This document shows, piece after piece, positions 8,855 to 19,009 of a DNA stretch of 57,899 bases. Position 1 is the first letter of the stretch; every line of letters begins with the position of its first letter. The notes under the pieces were generated by a model. It did not search any database and had not been told where the DNA came from. It saw only the letters and a program-made list of their open reading frames with translations. This DNA is from Eubacteriales bacterium (GTDB taxonomy: Bacteria; Bacillota; Clostridia; Oscillospirales; CAG-272), in NCBI GenBank assembly GCA_045537595.1, contig JAZSPS010000047.1, positions 1 through 57,899 of the forward strand, read 5' to 3'. Both the position numbers and the translations under genes were made by a program.

Positions 8855-10183
8855 TTATGAACTGATATAGATGTTTACCGTAACGGTTGACGGCGTGATG
8901 GGCGTTCCCGAGATGGGCGACTGCGCGATGACTGTTCCTTTGGGTGCCGCGTTTGCCACAGGATAGGTGCTTCCGATGAGAAGCCCATACTTCCTGAGGG
9001 TCTCAGCCGCCTCTGACGCGGTCATTCCGTACAGGTCGGGCACGGTTTTGATGGAATAGCGGTCTCCCGCGCTGACGGTATAGGAAATGAGGGCGCCTTG
9101 CTGTACCGATGTGTAGGGCGATACCGATTGGGCGATCACCGTTCCTACGGCATAGGAGGAGGTTTGATAGGAAACCTTTCCCGAGGAAAGCCCAGAGGCT
9201 TGAAGGAGCGCGTTTGCCTGTGCCTCCGTGATCCCCACAAGATTGGGGACTGAGGTGTTTGTAATCTTTTTTCCCACGCTGACCCGCAACAGGACGGAAT
9301 CCTTATCCGTCAGCGCTGTTCCCGATGGCGGTATGCTTTCCAAAACGGTACCGCGAGGTGCCGTGTTGGAATACACCTCGGTAACAGACGTGTCAATCTC
9401 ATGATTTTTCAGCAACAGCAGAGCGTCTCTTTGTGTCATTCCCACAAGGTTTTCTAAAACGTACGGTTCCTTTTGGCGGCTGACGGTCAGCACCACGGTA
9501 CAGTATCCGTCTTTCCCATAGATCCTTCGGGTGATTCCCGAGGCGGGGGATTGAGAGATCACGGTTCCCTCGGGGTAGTCGGGATTGTATTCATATTGAA
9601 TGATCAAATTAAAGGGAGATCCCTCATTTTCAAGAACCGAGGTGGGGGCTTTTCCGAGAAAATCGGGGATCACGACCGATTTATAGCTTCTTCCGTACGG
9701 AGCGAAAAGTCCCAGCAGGACTCCGCCCGCACAGACCGTACTCACAAGCAAGGCGGCGCACAGGGCACCGGACAGGACGGGAAGGGCATGAATGGTCTTT
9801 TCTTTTTTTCGGGATTTGCGCGCTTTTCTTTTTTTATATTTTTCCCGAAGATGTTCTCCGACAGATCTTATTTTTTTGGAAGCGCGTTCCCAATTCTTTT
9901 GAAACCGTCTTGCGAATTGCGTGATATTTTCGGAAAAATTTTTAAGTGTTTCGCCCATTGCTTTTCGGTGAAAGGCTTTTTTGGATCGCCCGAAGGCTTG
10001 TCCCTCGGGAAGCTCCCCGATTTCAAACAGGGAAGAGAGGTCAATGGGCTCGTAGGTTTCCCGAGAACCCCTGAGAGTATTTCTTCCGCGAAGGCGATAG
10101 CTTCTTTTTACGGATCGATTTTTTTGAGCGTTGTCTTGCGGAGAGGGAAGACGCTTTTTCGACACCTGAAAGCGGTATTTCAT
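8855..10183 (-). CDS. PASTA-domain membrane protein lacking a kinase domain
   Basis: 442 aa. About 130 aa of basic N-terminal region, one TM segment (ALPVLSGALCAALLVSTVCAGGVLLGLF), then about four PASTA-like repeats (VPNLVGITEAQANALL, VPDLYGMTASEAAETL). There are no Hanks kinase motifs. AAAGGAG RBS precedes the start. Confidence 0.8.
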   Translation of the reverse strand: MKYRFQVSKKRLPSPQDNAQKNRSVKRSYRLRGRNTLRGSRETYEPIDLSSLFEIGELPEGQAFGRSKKAFHRKAMGETLKNFSENITQFARRFQKNWERASKKIRSVGEHLREKYKKRKARKSRKKEKTIHALPVLSGALCAALLVSTVCAGGVLLGLFAPYGRSYKSVVIPDFLGKAPTSVLENEGSPFNLIIQYEYNPDYPEGTVISQSPASGITRRIYGKDGYCTVVLTVSRQKEPYVLENLVGMTQRDALLLLKNHEIDTSVTEVYSNTAPRGTVLESIPPSGTALTDKDSVLLRVSVGKKITNTSVPNLVGITEAQANALLQASGLSSGKVSYQTSSYAVGTVIAQSVSPYTSVQQGALISYTVSAGDRYSIKTVPDLYGMTASEAAETLRKYGLLIGSTYPVANAAPKGTVIAQSPISGTPITPSTVTVNIYISS

Positions 10184-10243
10184 AAAACCTTGCTCCTTTG
10201 GGTGAGATAAATATGTACGGAGTCGGAAAAAGCGTATTCTTTT

Positions 10244-11317
10244 TTATTTTTGTCCGGTTTCCTCCGCGCGACGAAGCTGACCGCAGGAGGCGTTGATATC
10301 CGCTCCCAGCCGACGGCGTACCGTAGCTCGGATCCCTTTTTTCTCAAGAACTGAGGCAAATTTTTCTACCGATCTTTTATCGGAAGCCGAGAAGCCTGTT
10401 TCACTGACGGGATTGACGGGGATCAGATTTACGTGGATAGGAAAGGTTGTGGGATCGGAGGGAGAGCGCAATCGGCTGTTGAGCAACGCGGCAAGCCGAT
10501 CCGCGGCGGCAGGAGAATCGTTTTTGCCCGCGATGAGGGTATATTCGAAGGAGATCCTTCTGCCTGTATGCTCATAATATCTTCGGCAGGCGGCAAGCAG
10601 GCTTTCGATATCCCATTTTCTATTTACGGGCATAATTGTGTTTCTCGTTTCGTTATCCGACGCGTGAAGGGAAATGGAGAGGGTAATGGGCAGATCCTCC
10701 TGTGCCAAACGGTAGATCTTATCCGCCAGACCGCAGGTGGAAAGGGAAATATGGCGATATCCGATATTCATTCCCTTTTCATGATTCACCAAGCGGAGAA
10801 AACGCAAAACATTCTCGTAATTATCCAAGGGCTCGCCGATTCCCATCATAACGATATTGGAGATTCTTTCTCCCGTATCCTTTTGGGCGGCGATGACCTG
10901 ACCGAGGATCTCGGATGCCTCCAGATCACGGAGCCTTCCTCCGATGGTAGACGCGCAAAAGGCACAGCCCATACGGCATCCCACTTGGGAGGAGATACAC
11001 ACGGTATTGCCATGCTTATATTTCATTACTACGCTTTCCACGCAGTTTCCGTCTCGCAAGCCAAAGAGATATTTTACCGTTCCGTCAAGAGAGGATACCA
11101 GCTTACGGCGAATGACGGGAAGGGAAAAGAAGGCATGCTCCTTCAGCTTTTCCTTTGTGGCTTTTCCCACGTTGGTCATTTCGTCGGGGGAGATGCCTCG
11201 GTTCATTTGCTCAAAAAGCTGGCTTGCGCGGTATTTGGGCTCTCCGATGGAAAGGATAAAGCTTTCCAGCTCCTCGGGGAGCAGAGAGAGAAGGTCGGTT
11301 TTTTGATGATGATTCAT
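10244..11317 (-). CDS. rlmN: 23S rRNA (adenine2503-C2)-methyltransferase
   Basis: 357 aa with the radical-SAM motif CRMGCAFC and the GMGEPL motif. Conserved position after rsmB. Confidence 0.9.
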   Translation of the reverse strand: MNHHQKTDLLSLLPEELESFILSIGEPKYRASQLFEQMNRGISPDEMTNVGKATKEKLKEHAFFSLPVIRRKLVSSLDGTVKYLFGLRDGNCVESVVMKYKHGNTVCISSQVGCRMGCAFCASTIGGRLRDLEASEILGQVIAAQKDTGERISNIVMMGIGEPLDNYENVLRFLRLVNHEKGMNIGYRHISLSTCGLADKIYRLAQEDLPITLSISLHASDNETRNTIMPVNRKWDIESLLAACRRYYEHTGRRISFEYTLIAGKNDSPAAADRLAALLNSRLRSPSDPTTFPIHVNLIPVNPVSETGFSASDKRSVEKFASVLEKKGIRATVRRRLGADINASCGQLRRAEETGQK

Positions 11318-11326
11318 AGCTTTTCC

Positions 11327-12613
11327 TTATTTTCTCACCAGTTTGGCAATAAAAAAGCCATCGGTGGGGTATGTGTCGGGCAAGAAGGTAAGATAGCCGT
11401 GGGAAATGGTTTCCTCTCCCACGGAAAAAGGTGTCAGGGTAAATTCGGGATGACGTTCAAGAAAGCGAAGGATATTCTTTTCGTTTTCCTCAGAGAATAT
11501 AGTACAGGTGGAATATACCAAAGTACCTCCCCGACGTACATATCGGCACGCGGTTTCCAAGATTGCCAGTTGAATATCGGGCAATGCCGCGGATACCGAG
11601 AGGTCCTTATAGCGAAGCTCGGGCTTTTTGGACAGCACCCCGAAGCCTGAGCAGGGAACATCGCACAGAACCCGATGCGCGGATTCGGCGAGCTCGGGAA
11701 TAAACTCTCTTCCGTCGTGGGCAGAGGGAGTTATTATAGTTATTCCCAATCTTTTGGCGCCCGATTCGATCAGGGACAGCTTTTTTTCGTGAAGGTCATA
11801 GGAGAGGATCCTTCCCGTATTATTCATGCGGATAGCGCTGCCAAAGCTTTTAGAGCCGGGGCAGGAGCAGATATCCATGACCGTGTCTCCCTCTCTCGCG
11901 TCCAGCGCTTCCACACAGAGCTGAGAGGCTTCATCCTGAACAAAAAACAATCCCTCCTCAAAGCCGTAGAGGGAGCGGACGGCACCCTTTACCAGCAGAC
12001 CGTTTTTTGAAAGCTGTGTGGGCTCAGCACCCGCAATGCGGTCTTGCAACGCTTCACGGGATACGCGAAGCGTATTGACTGCCAGCGTTGTTGGGGGGAT
12101 CTTCTCAAAGCCTTTCAGGATCGATTCCGCACGTTTCTCACCGTAATCGGCGATCAGCTTGCGGCAGAGGGGAAGTCCCACGGAGTAGGCGATCGATAAA
12201 AATTCGGCAATTCCGTCCTCACGGTTGGGAAGGAGGCATTGAGGCTGTCGGGTATAGGCGCGAAGAATGGCATTGACGAAGCCCGATGCTTTTCTCGGTA
12301 CCAATGCCACGGTCTCGTTAATGGCGGCGTGAGGCGGGATCCGATCCAGATAGATCAGTTGATATAAGCCGATCCGCAACGCCGTTCGCGCCGACAGGTC
12401 AAGAGAGTCTGCGGGACGGTTGGAGAGCCGAGTGATTTGATAATCCAGTGTTAGCCGACGCTCGGTCACACCATAGACCAAAGCGGCTGCCAGCGCCTTG
12501 TCCTGTTCGCTCATACCACCGGTATTTAACGCATGATCTAAGGCGATATTGAGAAATTGACTGTTTTTTTCCGCCTTTTGCAAAAGCGTATAGGTGAGTT
12601 CGCGAGGGGTCAT
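11327..12613 (-). CDS. rsmB: 16S rRNA (cytosine967-C5)-methyltransferase
   Basis: NusB-like N-terminus plus an MTase domain (DICSCPGSKS, DVPCSGFG, YSTCT). The start was set at the ATG at 12613, which has AAAGGAG upstream. The longer ORF begins with TTG. Confidence 0.9.
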   Translation of the reverse strand: MTPRELTYTLLQKAEKNSQFLNIALDHALNTGGMSEQDKALAAALVYGVTERRLTLDYQITRLSNRPADSLDLSARTALRIGLYQLIYLDRIPPHAAINETVALVPRKASGFVNAILRAYTRQPQCLLPNREDGIAEFLSIAYSVGLPLCRKLIADYGEKRAESILKGFEKIPPTTLAVNTLRVSREALQDRIAGAEPTQLSKNGLLVKGAVRSLYGFEEGLFFVQDEASQLCVEALDAREGDTVMDICSCPGSKSFGSAIRMNNTGRILSYDLHEKKLSLIESGAKRLGITIITPSAHDGREFIPELAESAHRVLCDVPCSGFGVLSKKPELRYKDLSVSAALPDIQLAILETACRYVRRGGTLVYSTCTIFSEENEKNILRFLERHPEFTLTPFSVGEETISHGYLTFLPDTYPTDGFFIAKLVRK

Positions 12614-12680
12614 GGGCTCTCCTTTCGTATATTTTTTAAATTCGTCCGAATACTTCAATTTTAAAAAGGGTTAAAAAGGG

Positions 12681-13379
12681 TCAGTTGCGGCGTCTTCCGC
12701 CTGCCAAAACGATCAGACGGAGCAGGGTCAGCAGGGAGGAGACCAGAGCTGCCACGTAAGTCATGGCGGCGGCGGTCAGCACCTGTCTTGCCGCGCTTTG
12801 CTCATCCTGTGTTAACATTCCCGAGGAGGTGAGCACCTTCATAGCGCGGGAGGAGGCGTTAAATTCAACAGGAAGGGTGGCAAGCTGGAAAAGCGCGATG
12901 GTGGAATAAAGGACGATTCCCGCCAGCATCAGATAGTCGCTGGCGAAGATCAACCCGATAAAAAACAGAGGAACGGCGAGAACAGAGCCGACCCTTGTTG
13001 TTGGGATGATCAGCGCTCGGAATTTCATGGGCGCGTAGCGTTGCGCATACTGAACCGCGTGTCCCGCCTCATGGGCAGCCACACCGATAGCGGCGGCGCT
13101 GGTAGAGTCGTGAACGGCATCGGACAGGCGGATCACGTTTGCTTTGGGATCAAAATGGTCGTTTAAATTTCCTCGGATATGCTCGATCTGTACATGACCC
13201 AATCCGTTTTGGTCAAGGATCCGTCTTGCCGCGGAAGCACCTGTCATACCCCGTTTTGTTGGTGTTTTGGAGAATTTTTCATAAGTCGATTTGACTTTAA
13301 ATTGCGCCCAGACCGAAAGGATCAGCGCCGGGAGGACGATCAATATTGTCCAGTCAAAACGAAACAATCCAAATATCAT
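12681..13379 (-). CDS. Zinc metallopeptidase (membrane, HExxH; Zn_peptidase_2-like)
   Basis: 232 aa with the HEAGHAVQ motif and N- and C-terminal TM segments. Confidence 0.8.
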   Translation of the reverse strand: MIFGLFRFDWTILIVLPALILSVWAQFKVKSTYEKFSKTPTKRGMTGASAARRILDQNGLGHVQIEHIRGNLNDHFDPKANVIRLSDAVHDSTSAAAIGVAAHEAGHAVQYAQRYAPMKFRALIIPTTRVGSVLAVPLFFIGLIFASDYLMLAGIVLYSTIALFQLATLPVEFNASSRAMKVLTSSGMLTQDEQSAARQVLTAAAMTYVAALVSSLLTLLRLIVLAGGRRRN

Positions 13380-13415
13380 AAGAAACCTCTTTTCGTTATT
13401 TTTGTTAAAGTATTT

Positions 13416-14348
13416 TTACTTTAAGATATCTCCCGCCTTCAGCTTTCTTCCTCGGATAAAGTCGTCCGCTGACATGCGGGATTTTCCTTCGGGAAGAACG
13501 CCCAAAAGGGTAACGGCTCCCTTACGGCAGGAGACCGTAATGCCGCCATCAAGGGACAGCACCTGACCGACCTCGGTGTGCGCTGTGTCACGGTCAGAGA
13601 GGCGAGCCTCGGTAATTTTCAGAATTTTTCCGTCGGGTGTGCGTGTGAAAGCAAGAGGAATGGGAGAGAGTCCACGAATACGGTTATGGACCGCTTGGGC
13701 ATCGGTATCAAAGGAAAGGAGACATTCTTCCTTTGTGATCTTCGCCGCGTAGGTTGCTTTCTCGGAATCCTGTACCGTGCGCTTTGCCGTACCGTTCTCG
13801 ATTTTTTGCAGTGTCTTTACGATCAGTTGGGCACCGCATGCCCCCAATTTATCGTGAATATCTTCAAAATTGTCATTCTCCTCGATCGGAATTTCCTCCC
13901 AAAGAAGCATATCGCCTGTATCAAGCCCCACATCCATATACATGGTGGTAATTCCCGTGACCTTCTTTCCGTCTATGATAGCGCGCTGCATGGGTGCCGC
14001 GCCCCGATACTCGGGCAACAGAGAGCCATGGACGTTGATACATCCGTATTTCGGAAAACGGATCACGGATTCGGGAAGGATCTTTCCGTATGCCACAACC
14101 ACGATTCCCTCCGGAGAAAGCTCCTCCAAAAGCGCGGTGAAGTCGTCGCTCTTCAGTGTGGTTGGCTGGTAGACGGGAATTTGATTCTCCACCGCGTATA
14201 CCTTTACGGGGGGAGGTGTCATGGTATAGCCTCTTCCTTTGGGCTTATCGGGTTGTGTGACCACCCCCACAAGGGTGTGTCCCGCTTCCTTTAATGCTCT
14301 TAGGGAGAATACCGCGAAATCGGGAGTTCCCATAAATAAGATCTTCAT
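13416..14348 (-). CDS. fmt: Methionyl-tRNA formyltransferase
   Basis: Starts MKILFMGTPDFAV and contains HGSLLPEYRGAAP. The start is at 14348, preceded by AAGGAG. Confidence 0.92.
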   Translation of the reverse strand: MKILFMGTPDFAVFSLRALKEAGHTLVGVVTQPDKPKGRGYTMTPPPVKVYAVENQIPVYQPTTLKSDDFTALLEELSPEGIVVVAYGKILPESVIRFPKYGCINVHGSLLPEYRGAAPMQRAIIDGKKVTGITTMYMDVGLDTGDMLLWEEIPIEENDNFEDIHDKLGACGAQLIVKTLQKIENGTAKRTVQDSEKATYAAKITKEECLLSFDTDAQAVHNRIRGLSPIPLAFTRTPDGKILKITEARLSDRDTAHTEVGQVLSLDGGITVSCRKGAVTLLGVLPEGKSRMSADDFIRGRKLKAGDILK

Positions 14349-14383
14349 GTTTTTCTCCTTTTTGCCTGCTTTGCGTGCTTTGC

Positions 14384-14842
14384 TTATTCTGCATCCAGCA
14401 TACGGATCGCGCAATCGATATACAGCTTTCCGTCTAGATGGTCGATCTCGTGACAGAACGCCTTTGCCAGCAGTCCCGAGCCTGTAATATCAAAGGTTTT
14501 TCCTCCGCGGTCCATGGCTCGGACCGTAACATGCATGGGGCGGCGTGTAACGCCCCATCTTCCCGGAACGGACAGGCAGCCTTCCTCGCTTTCCTGTTCA
14601 CCTGAAAAGGCAATGATCTTTGGGTTGATCAGCTCGATCAATCCGTCCTCCTCGGTTTCGATTACCACGATTCGGCGCAAAACGCCTACCTGAGGCGCGG
14701 CAAGTCCCACACCGTTGGCGGCTCGCATCGTATCGATCATATCATCCAGCAAGGTCAGGATTCGGGGCGTTATCGTATCAACGGGACGGCAGACCTTTCT
14801 CAGGGTACTGTCTCCCACTTTCAGTATTTTCAGTTTTGCCAT
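14384..14842 (-). CDS. def: Peptide deformylase
   Basis: 152 aa with the GVGLAAPQ, EGCLSVPG and HEIDHLDG motifs. Confidence 0.95.
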   Translation of the reverse strand: MAKLKILKVGDSTLRKVCRPVDTITPRILTLLDDMIDTMRAANGVGLAAPQVGVLRRIVVIETEEDGLIELINPKIIAFSGEQESEEGCLSVPGRWGVTRRPMHVTVRAMDRGGKTFDITGSGLLAKAFCHEIDHLDGKLYIDCAIRMLDAE

Positions 14843-14918
14843 AAAATCTCCTTTTGCTTTATCGGTAATATTTACCCATAGGTCATATTTTTTAACCGTA
14901 CAAAATTTTTAAAAATTT

Positions 14919-17420
14919 TTAAAGAGTGGAGGGGTTAAAGTCCACGGACAGGGAAAGCCCTTTGATTCCCGATCGGGAAAATTCGCATAAAAGCGATGAG
15001 AAAAGGGCACGGCTTCGTCGGTTTAGCCGACATTTGACGATCATGCGCATGCGATATTTATTCTCGACCTTATAGACCGGTGCCTCAAAGGGACCGTAAA
15101 TAACGACCGGTACGTCCCGATAGTCTCCTTGCAGGGCTTCGTTTAGCTTTTTCGCAAGAATCCCCGATGCCTTCAGCAATTCTTGCTCGTCGGGGGAGGT
15201 CAGCATAAGTGAGACGATATCACAGAAGGGCGGGAACACCAGCATTTTCCGCAAGCGGATCTCTATTTCATAAAAGCGATCATAATCCTGCGCGCAGGCA
15301 AGGCGGATACACTCATGCTCGGGATTATTGGTTTGGATGATGGCTTCTCCCGATTTATCTCCCCGTCCCGCGCGTCCGATGACCTGTGTCAGCATGGAGA
15401 AGGTTCTCTCCGCGGCACGGTAATCATCCAGATAGAGAGACGCGTCGGCAAGAAGGACTCCTACCAGCGTAACATCGGAAAAATCGTGTCCCTTGGTGAC
15501 CATTTGTGTTCCGAGAAGAACATCGGCGCCGTGACGGCGAAAGGTTCCAAGCATTTCCTCGTAAGCGTGTTTTGCGGAGGTGGTGTCTGTGTCCATGCGC
15601 AATATTTTCGCGTCGGGCAGCAGCTCGCCAAGCTCTTGCTCTACCCTTTGTGTACCGTATCCCATGCGAGCAAGATGTGTGCTCTGGCAGGAGGGACAGA
15701 CCTCGGGAAGTGCCATTTTTCGTCCGCACCAATGACAGCGGAGCTCTCCTTTTTCGTAAGAGTCACGAAGTGTATGATAGGTCATGGAAACACTGCATAC
15801 CGGACATCGGATCGCCTCGCCGCAGCTTCTGCAGCTGATAAAATTATTATAGCCCCGACGGTTTAAAAAGAGGATCGATTGATTCTTTTTTTGTGTATTT
15901 TCCACCAGGCGTGAGCAGAGCAGGGAGCCGAGAGGGGAGAGGGAGCCGCTTTGCGCCTCTTCTCTCATATCCGCCACTGTCACCTTGGGAAGCTTTGCGT
16001 TTCCGTAGCGGTTTTTCATGGAAATCAAGGTATAGGTTCCGTTTTTCGCTTTATAGTAGCTTTCAAAGGAGGGGGTTGCTGAGGCAAGCAGCATCAGTGC
16101 TTTATGGTGCGCGCAACGAAAGCGAGCCACGTCCCGCGTATGATATTTGGGATTCATATCGGATTTATAGGTATGCTCCTGTTCCTCATCGATCACGATC
16201 ATCCCCAAGTTTTCCAAGGGAGCGAAGACCGCGGAACGTGTTCCGATGACCACATCGGCAGAGCCTCCTCGGATACGGCGGTAGGTATCCAGCCGCTCGC
16301 CGGAGGAAAGTCCTGAATGGACGATTGCCACCCGATCTCCGTAGCGTGAGCAAAAGATCTCCAAGCTTTGCGGTGTCAGGGCGATTTCGGGCAACAGAAC
16401 GATCACGCTTTTTCCTTTTTCTAAAACATGATCGATGGTTTTCAGCATGACACAGGTTTTTCCGCTTCCCGTAACACCGTGGAGCAGCGCGGCATGTGCC
16501 TCGCCTGTATCCGAGAGGCTTTTCAGCGATTCGTACGCGGCATGCTGTTCTTCATTTAAGGTTAGCTCATGGGGGAGGGCTTTTTTCGGGGGACGTAAGC
16601 TTCGGTCCACCGATCGGCGGATCTTTTGCAGGAGCCCTTTATCGCACAGGGCATTGATCTGCGCGGAGGACGCGCCGCAAGCCGATGCCAGCTCCCGTTC
16701 TCGGATCTCGCCCTCTTCCCCAAGGTTTGCCATGTATTTCAAAAGCTCGATATGCACCGCTGAGCGCAAACGAATGTCTGGATCCTTGCCGTTTAAAATT
16801 CGGTTAGCCCGCTCCACCTTCACGGCAAGCGCGCAGTATGTCTCGCTTTTTTCTCCCGATCGGCGCAATTCAAAATCCTTAACGATCAATTGCGCCGCCA
16901 GCAATTTTTTGATGGCGGTCTCAGCGGCGGGTCCAAACCTTGTTTTCAGTAAATCAAAGCGGACGCTTCCTTTCCTGCGGATAAAATCGCAGATCAGAAG
17001 CGTCGGCGCGTCAAGAGGGGTATTCCATTGGGAAGGATCCGAGAGGGCGCTGTCCGACGGCTTATAGACCTCTTCCAAATGAGACAGCGCGGCGGCAGGG
17101 ATCATTGCGCGGACCGCATCTCCTACGGTACAGAGGGTCTGCTCTTTAATAAAAAAGCACAAGCCCATCATTTCCTCGTTTAGGGACATACCGCCGTTAC
17201 AGAGCGAAAGAATCGGTTTACATCCGATCTCTGTGCTGTCAGGCTTTTTTTTGAGAGAGGTAACCAGACCGATACGTCTGTGATTGGCGGTTCCGAAGGG
17301 AACCGTTACAAAATCGCCGACCTTTAATGTATTGCGAAGCTCGGGCGGAAGAAAGTAATCGAACGCACGGTCGATAAAGTAAGGATTATCCAAAAGATAG
17401 ATCCCCGCATATTCAAACAT
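14919..17420 (-). CDS. priA: Primosomal protein N' (replication restart helicase)
   Basis: Walker A GVTGSGKT, DEEQ box and a Cys-rich zinc-binding insert (CRSCGEAIRCPVCS...CHWCG...CPSC). The start is at the ATG at 17420 with GGAGG upstream. Confidence 0.92.
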   Translation of the reverse strand: MFEYAGIYLLDNPYFIDRAFDYFLPPELRNTLKVGDFVTVPFGTANHRRIGLVTSLKKKPDSTEIGCKPILSLCNGGMSLNEEMMGLCFFIKEQTLCTVGDAVRAMIPAAALSHLEEVYKPSDSALSDPSQWNTPLDAPTLLICDFIRRKGSVRFDLLKTRFGPAAETAIKKLLAAQLIVKDFELRRSGEKSETYCALAVKVERANRILNGKDPDIRLRSAVHIELLKYMANLGEEGEIRERELASACGASSAQINALCDKGLLQKIRRSVDRSLRPPKKALPHELTLNEEQHAAYESLKSLSDTGEAHAALLHGVTGSGKTCVMLKTIDHVLEKGKSVIVLLPEIALTPQSLEIFCSRYGDRVAIVHSGLSSGERLDTYRRIRGGSADVVIGTRSAVFAPLENLGMIVIDEEQEHTYKSDMNPKYHTRDVARFRCAHHKALMLLASATPSFESYYKAKNGTYTLISMKNRYGNAKLPKVTVADMREEAQSGSLSPLGSLLCSRLVENTQKKNQSILFLNRRGYNNFISCRSCGEAIRCPVCSVSMTYHTLRDSYEKGELRCHWCGRKMALPEVCPSCQSTHLARMGYGTQRVEQELGELLPDAKILRMDTDTTSAKHAYEEMLGTFRRHGADVLLGTQMVTKGHDFSDVTLVGVLLADASLYLDDYRAAERTFSMLTQVIGRAGRGDKSGEAIIQTNNPEHECIRLACAQDYDRFYEIEIRLRKMLVFPPFCDIVSLMLTSPDEQELLKASGILAKKLNEALQGDYRDVPVVIYGPFEAPVYKVENKYRMRMIVKCRLNRRSRALFSSLLCEFSRSGIKGLSLSVDFNPSTL

Positions 17421-17484
17421 AGTCCGTCCTCCCATGGATCATGGTTTTGAGATGTTGAGAGTTGATACAATGGGGTACAGAAGT

Positions 17485-17871
17485 TCAGATTTCTTCTGCT
17501 TGCGATTCTTCGGCTGCTACCGTGCTCTCCTCAGCTGTCTCTGCCTCATTTTCTACCGAAGCGACAGGCTCGGCATCGTCTTGGGTATCAAGCGTGTCGG
17601 ACGCGAGCTCTTCTTTGTGAACGATCTTATATTCACCGGTATAGATGCGGTTGATGGCGTTTTTTACAGCCTTCTCATCACGGTATTCCTTATTGATCAT
17701 ATTGATCAGATTGCGGTCGGTCTCTTTATTGCCGGTAGCCGCCTTTTCGGCTGCCTCGCGCTGTCTTACATATTCATCGGTAATCATACGGGCGCATTTC
17801 GCGGTTGCCAACGCCAGCTCGTAGCGATTGAATTCATCCTTGGTAAGTTCTTTAATGGTTGGGTAAAGCAT
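17485..17871 (-). CDS. rpoZ: DNA-directed RNA polymerase subunit omega with an acidic C-terminal extension
   Basis: The N-terminus MLYPTIKELTKDEFNRYELALATAKCARMI fits the RpoZ pattern. It sits between gmk and priA. The tail is rich in E, D and A. Confidence 0.75.
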   Translation of the reverse strand: MLYPTIKELTKDEFNRYELALATAKCARMITDEYVRQREAAEKAATGNKETDRNLINMINKEYRDEKAVKNAINRIYTGEYKIVHKEELASDTLDTQDDAEPVASVENEAETAEESTVAAEESQAEEI

Positions 17872-17969
17872 GAATAATTCTCCTTTTGCAATTGATATTT
17901 AAGATATTTAATGTTTAAAATTTGATGTATTTTCGCGAATTGGGTTCGTTATGTTGTTATGCTTTTCGT

Positions 17970-18578
17970 TCAGTCGGCAAAATAGCGTTGGAGCATATTG
18001 CCGTTACGGCGCATGGAGCAATTTTCGCTTGTTACAATGGCGCGGATCTCCTCTGCCGCTTCTCGATCACATCCGTCCCGATTGTATACCACGTAATCAT
18101 AGAAGTCGGCTTGACGGATCTCCTCCCGTGTTCGCTCCAATCGGGCGAGAATTTTTTCTTCGGTTTCGGTTCCGCGGTTACGCAAGCGTTGTTCCTGAAC
18201 CGAAAAGGAGGGAGGAAGAAGCATGATCAGAACCGCGTCGGGAAAATTTTTCTTTATATTTCGGGCACCCTCTACCTCGATTTCCAAAATTAGATTTTTT
18301 CCCGAGCTCATGATCTCGTCTGCCTCTTTGCGGAAGGTTCCGTAAAAGTTTCCGCAATATTCGGTATATTCCAGCATATCGCCCGCGCCGATATGGGCGA
18401 GAAAATCCTCACGTGATATAAAATGATAATTAACGCCGTCTTCCTCTCCCGGACGGGGGTTTCGGGTGGTTGCGGATACAGAGAACGCGTACTCGCCTGT
18501 TTTTAACAGATGCGCGTTGACGGTCCCTTTTCCGCTGCCGGCAGGTCCTGAAATAACGATCATAAGACCTTTTTTCAT
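17970..18578 (-). CDS. gmk: Guanylate kinase
   Basis: 202 aa with P-loop GPAGSGKGT and the TTRNPRPGE motif. Confidence 0.93.
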   Translation of the reverse strand: MKKGLMIVISGPAGSGKGTVNAHLLKTGEYAFSVSATTRNPRPGEEDGVNYHFISREDFLAHIGAGDMLEYTEYCGNFYGTFRKEADEIMSSGKNLILEIEVEGARNIKKNFPDAVLIMLLPPSFSVQEQRLRNRGTETEEKILARLERTREEIRQADFYDYVVYNRDGCDREAAEEIRAIVTSENCSMRRNGNMLQRYFAD

Positions 18579-18652
18579 AGCTTATCTCCTTTTTTTGTCA
18601 CTTTTCAGTCACTTTTTGGGTCGCCTTTTGATCAGCGATTGATTTGTACGGA

Positions 18653-18925
18653 TCATTCTTCCTCCTCGGGATCTTCCATATCCTCTGCGGAAGTATTATC
18701 CAAGCGGTTCGCGATGGTTTCGGACTGTATCGCTGACAGAATGACATGCTCGCTGTCGGTTATGATGACAGACCGTGTCTTTCTTCCGCAGGATACGTCG
18801 ATTACTCTTCCTGTATCCTTCGCATCCTGAATCAGACGCTTAACGGGAGCGGAATCGGGTGTGGCGATGGTAATGATCCGATTGGAGGCGACCATATTTC
18901 CAAAGCCGATATTAATAAATTTCAT
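18653..18925 (-). CDS. remA: RemA/YlzA family (DUF370) regulator
   Basis: 90 aa starting [20 protein letters not shown], with SAPVKRLI further on. It sits between yicC and gmk. Confidence 0.85.
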   Translation of the reverse strand: MKFINIGFGNMVASNRIITIATPDSAPVKRLIQDAKDTGRVIDVSCGRKTRSVIITDSEHVILSAIQSETIANRLDNTSAEDMEDPEEEE

Positions 18926-19009
18926 AGCGAATGTTCCTTACACTTTCACAATATTTTTTAATAAATTTTATTGATTTTAACCTGAAAATGAGGCGAGAAT
19001 AGGCTGAGA

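Noticed and set aside
10433-11650. 405-aa plus-strand ORF
   Set aside because: It is antisense to rlmN and rsmB, which have unambiguous motifs. There is no RBS and the composition is typical of an antisense frame.
12661-12680. Direct repeat TTAAAAAGGG x2 between the Zn peptidase stop and the rsmB start region
   Set aside because: There are only two short copies, overlapping the RBS-like AAAGGG of a non-preferred TTG start. Most likely this is a chance or slippage duplication. No further support.
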